A DNA stretch of 10,454 bases. It comes from Takakia lepidozioides. Lineage: Eukaryota; Plantae; Bryophyta. Position 1 is the first letter of the stretch; every line of letters begins with the position of its first letter. Below, piece after piece: positions 8,982 through 10,454 of the stretch. Location of the stretch: the NCBI GenBank assembly GCA_030704615.1, contig JAKLZA010000135.1, positions 1 through 10,454 on the forward strand, written 5' to 3'. The notes beneath the pieces are model-generated. The model ran no database searches and had not been told where the DNA came from. It saw nothing but the letters and a program-made list of their open reading frames with translations. The position numbers were made by a program, and so were the translations under genes.

Positions 8982-9237
8982 ACAAGGAGTACATCCACAG
9001 ATTTGTCTCAAATAGACCAACACAGGTTCTAGAAACAGGATTGTGGATCTTCATGGCACACTCACACTCTAAAAATTCCATAGATTTTTAGCAGAGTCCC
9101 AAAAAACAGAAACCAGGTCTAGATAAGTAGATTTCCCCTTCTGCAACTATCCCCTCAAAAACTGAGTCAAACGGAGCTCATTTGACAAAGATATGACCAA
9201 CCAGGCTCTTAAAAATAACAACTTTTAGATCAAAAGG

Positions 9238-9254
9238 TTTTTTTTTTTTTTTTT
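9238..9254 (-). repeat. T17 run (poly(A) on the minus strand)
   Basis: 17 consecutive T at 9238-9254. Confidence 0.95.
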
Positions 9255-10454
9255 AACACCAAAACGTTTTGCCATTACAACCTGTTCCCAGGTTATCTAC
9301 GAGTTCCGAGGTCGTTCCCCTCCAGGATTCTCAAGGCACCAAGAGCTCGTGTAATTCCAAAACTCGACCTCAGTTATGGATGGGGGTATCAACCCTAGGG
9401 CGATTCAAGAGCAGGTCAAGAGATGCACTGCGAAGCACCTTCATGGCTTATGGACAGGCGGCCTGCAATCGAAAGATTCGTGGATGGTGGGACTTGCACA
9501 ATACATCTACCACATCGGAGGTGAAACCGAGGAGGAACTGACTCCCACATATGACATTGCCAGTGTGAGAGGAAAAACAAGTTGTCCCATGGTGGATCCC
9601 TCGATATCACAGAGCTTTCAGGTGCACTTGGCTTGACGGCGAGAGTATTTGGCAGAAATCTCTTCCCTGTTCTGTAAAACCCTGCACCTGCTTGCCATTA
9701 CTTCTGCCAATTTTCCAGTTCTCTAATTCTAGTTAGAATCCTGCTTTGCACCCTATCCTGATCGTCCTCAATCTCTTTGGCAATATGGGTGTGTACTGCC
9801 ATCTTTGATTCCAACAGCTGCATTTAGTTCTTTGCTTCTCCCTTTTGTATCCCCTGATCCTACAGGTTCGGTAGTGTAAGTAGAAATTGGGAGCTGTTTT
9901 AAGCGCCTGACAATGGAAGCAATGGACTAGGGAACACAGGAGTAGGCGTGGCTCGTACACCTGAAGGAATCGACCGAGATCTTCTCAGCTTGTTGGCACC
10001 AGCCCTGGAAAATATGGGTGGGAATCACTCACAGGACTCAAGGATCGTTATGGCCCACAGTGGCCTAACCACTGCAATACAGGCTCTTCGGCTACGGCAT
10101 TGCTTTTCGGCGTTCTCTCCAATGTTGCATTCCATTTAGAGTGTCATTGTAGTGGTAGCCAACTGGCACTCCTATCATCACGCCTACGTTGACCAGGCTC
10201 GACATTGCATGAATCAGCCATCTCAGCAGGTGGGACAGCACAAATCTTGCAGTTGACCTCTCCTATGTACGAGGCTTTGCTTAGCAGCCACAACTTATCA
10301 GCGTCGTTCCCGAAATGATAGGGTCTCGCCGAGAGCTCACATGACGACTCCTCGGCGCATGGCAATGCCTAGTTGACTTCAACCTGCCTCCCCCAAGGCC
10401 AAGATTGTCCAAAACAAACACACCCCGAATCACTGCCTGCCGCTGCACACTCAG
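9238..10454 (-). mobile_element. Possible 3' end of a poly(A)-tailed retroposed sequence (LINE-like element or retrocopy), continuing beyond the window
   Basis: The minus strand ends ...GGTTGTAATGGCAAAACGTTTTGGTGTT-A17, with a compositional change at the T-run. No recognisable protein domain and no target-site duplication seen. Confidence 0.3.

Larger units (their letters stand above)
1..9237 (-). mobile_element. Ty3/gypsy (Metaviridae) LTR retrotransposon carrying a DNMT3-like methyltransferase and a PHD-finger integrase; boundaries approximate, 5' LTR not seen
   Basis: Colinear minus-strand domains gag/CCHC, PR (LLDSGA), MTase, RT (YIDD), RH, IN (HHCC, DDE). RT-RH-IN order is diagnostic of Ty3/gypsy. 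The core 415-7732 is firm. Including 7733-9237 is inferred from the same orientation and the lack of any visible boundary. Confidence 0.93.

Noticed and set aside
9269-10365. Short ORFs on both strands right of the T-run, including a faint resemblance of ECAAA at the window edge to a LINE C-terminal zinc-finger region
   Set aside because: No convincing domain motif; too short and fragmented to call.

Overview
Most of this window (about 1-9237) is a eukaryotic Ty3/gypsy LTR retrotransposon on the minus strand. Its domain order is: unknown upstream ORF, gag (two zinc knuckles), aspartic protease, DNMT3-like C5 cytosine DNA methyltransferase, reverse transcriptase, RNase H, integrase, C-terminal PHD finger, polypurine-tract-like motif, and the start of a probable 3' LTR that runs off the left edge. 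The notable feature is a C5 methyltransferase catalytic domain with motifs I-X recognisable (catalytic PC, ENV and RxR intact) embedded in pol between protease and RT, in an element whose integrase ends in a PHD finger rather than a chromodomain. The element therefore encodes both a DNA-methylation writer and a probable histone reader. The reading frames are broken mostly by single-base indels with almost no nonsense codons, which points to read or consensus errors, or very recent decay. No 5' LTR or primer binding site was found. The right end (9238-10454) is an unrelated minus-strand segment ending in A17, possibly the 3' end of a non-LTR retroelement. The host is probably a non-seed plant or streptophyte alga (inference).
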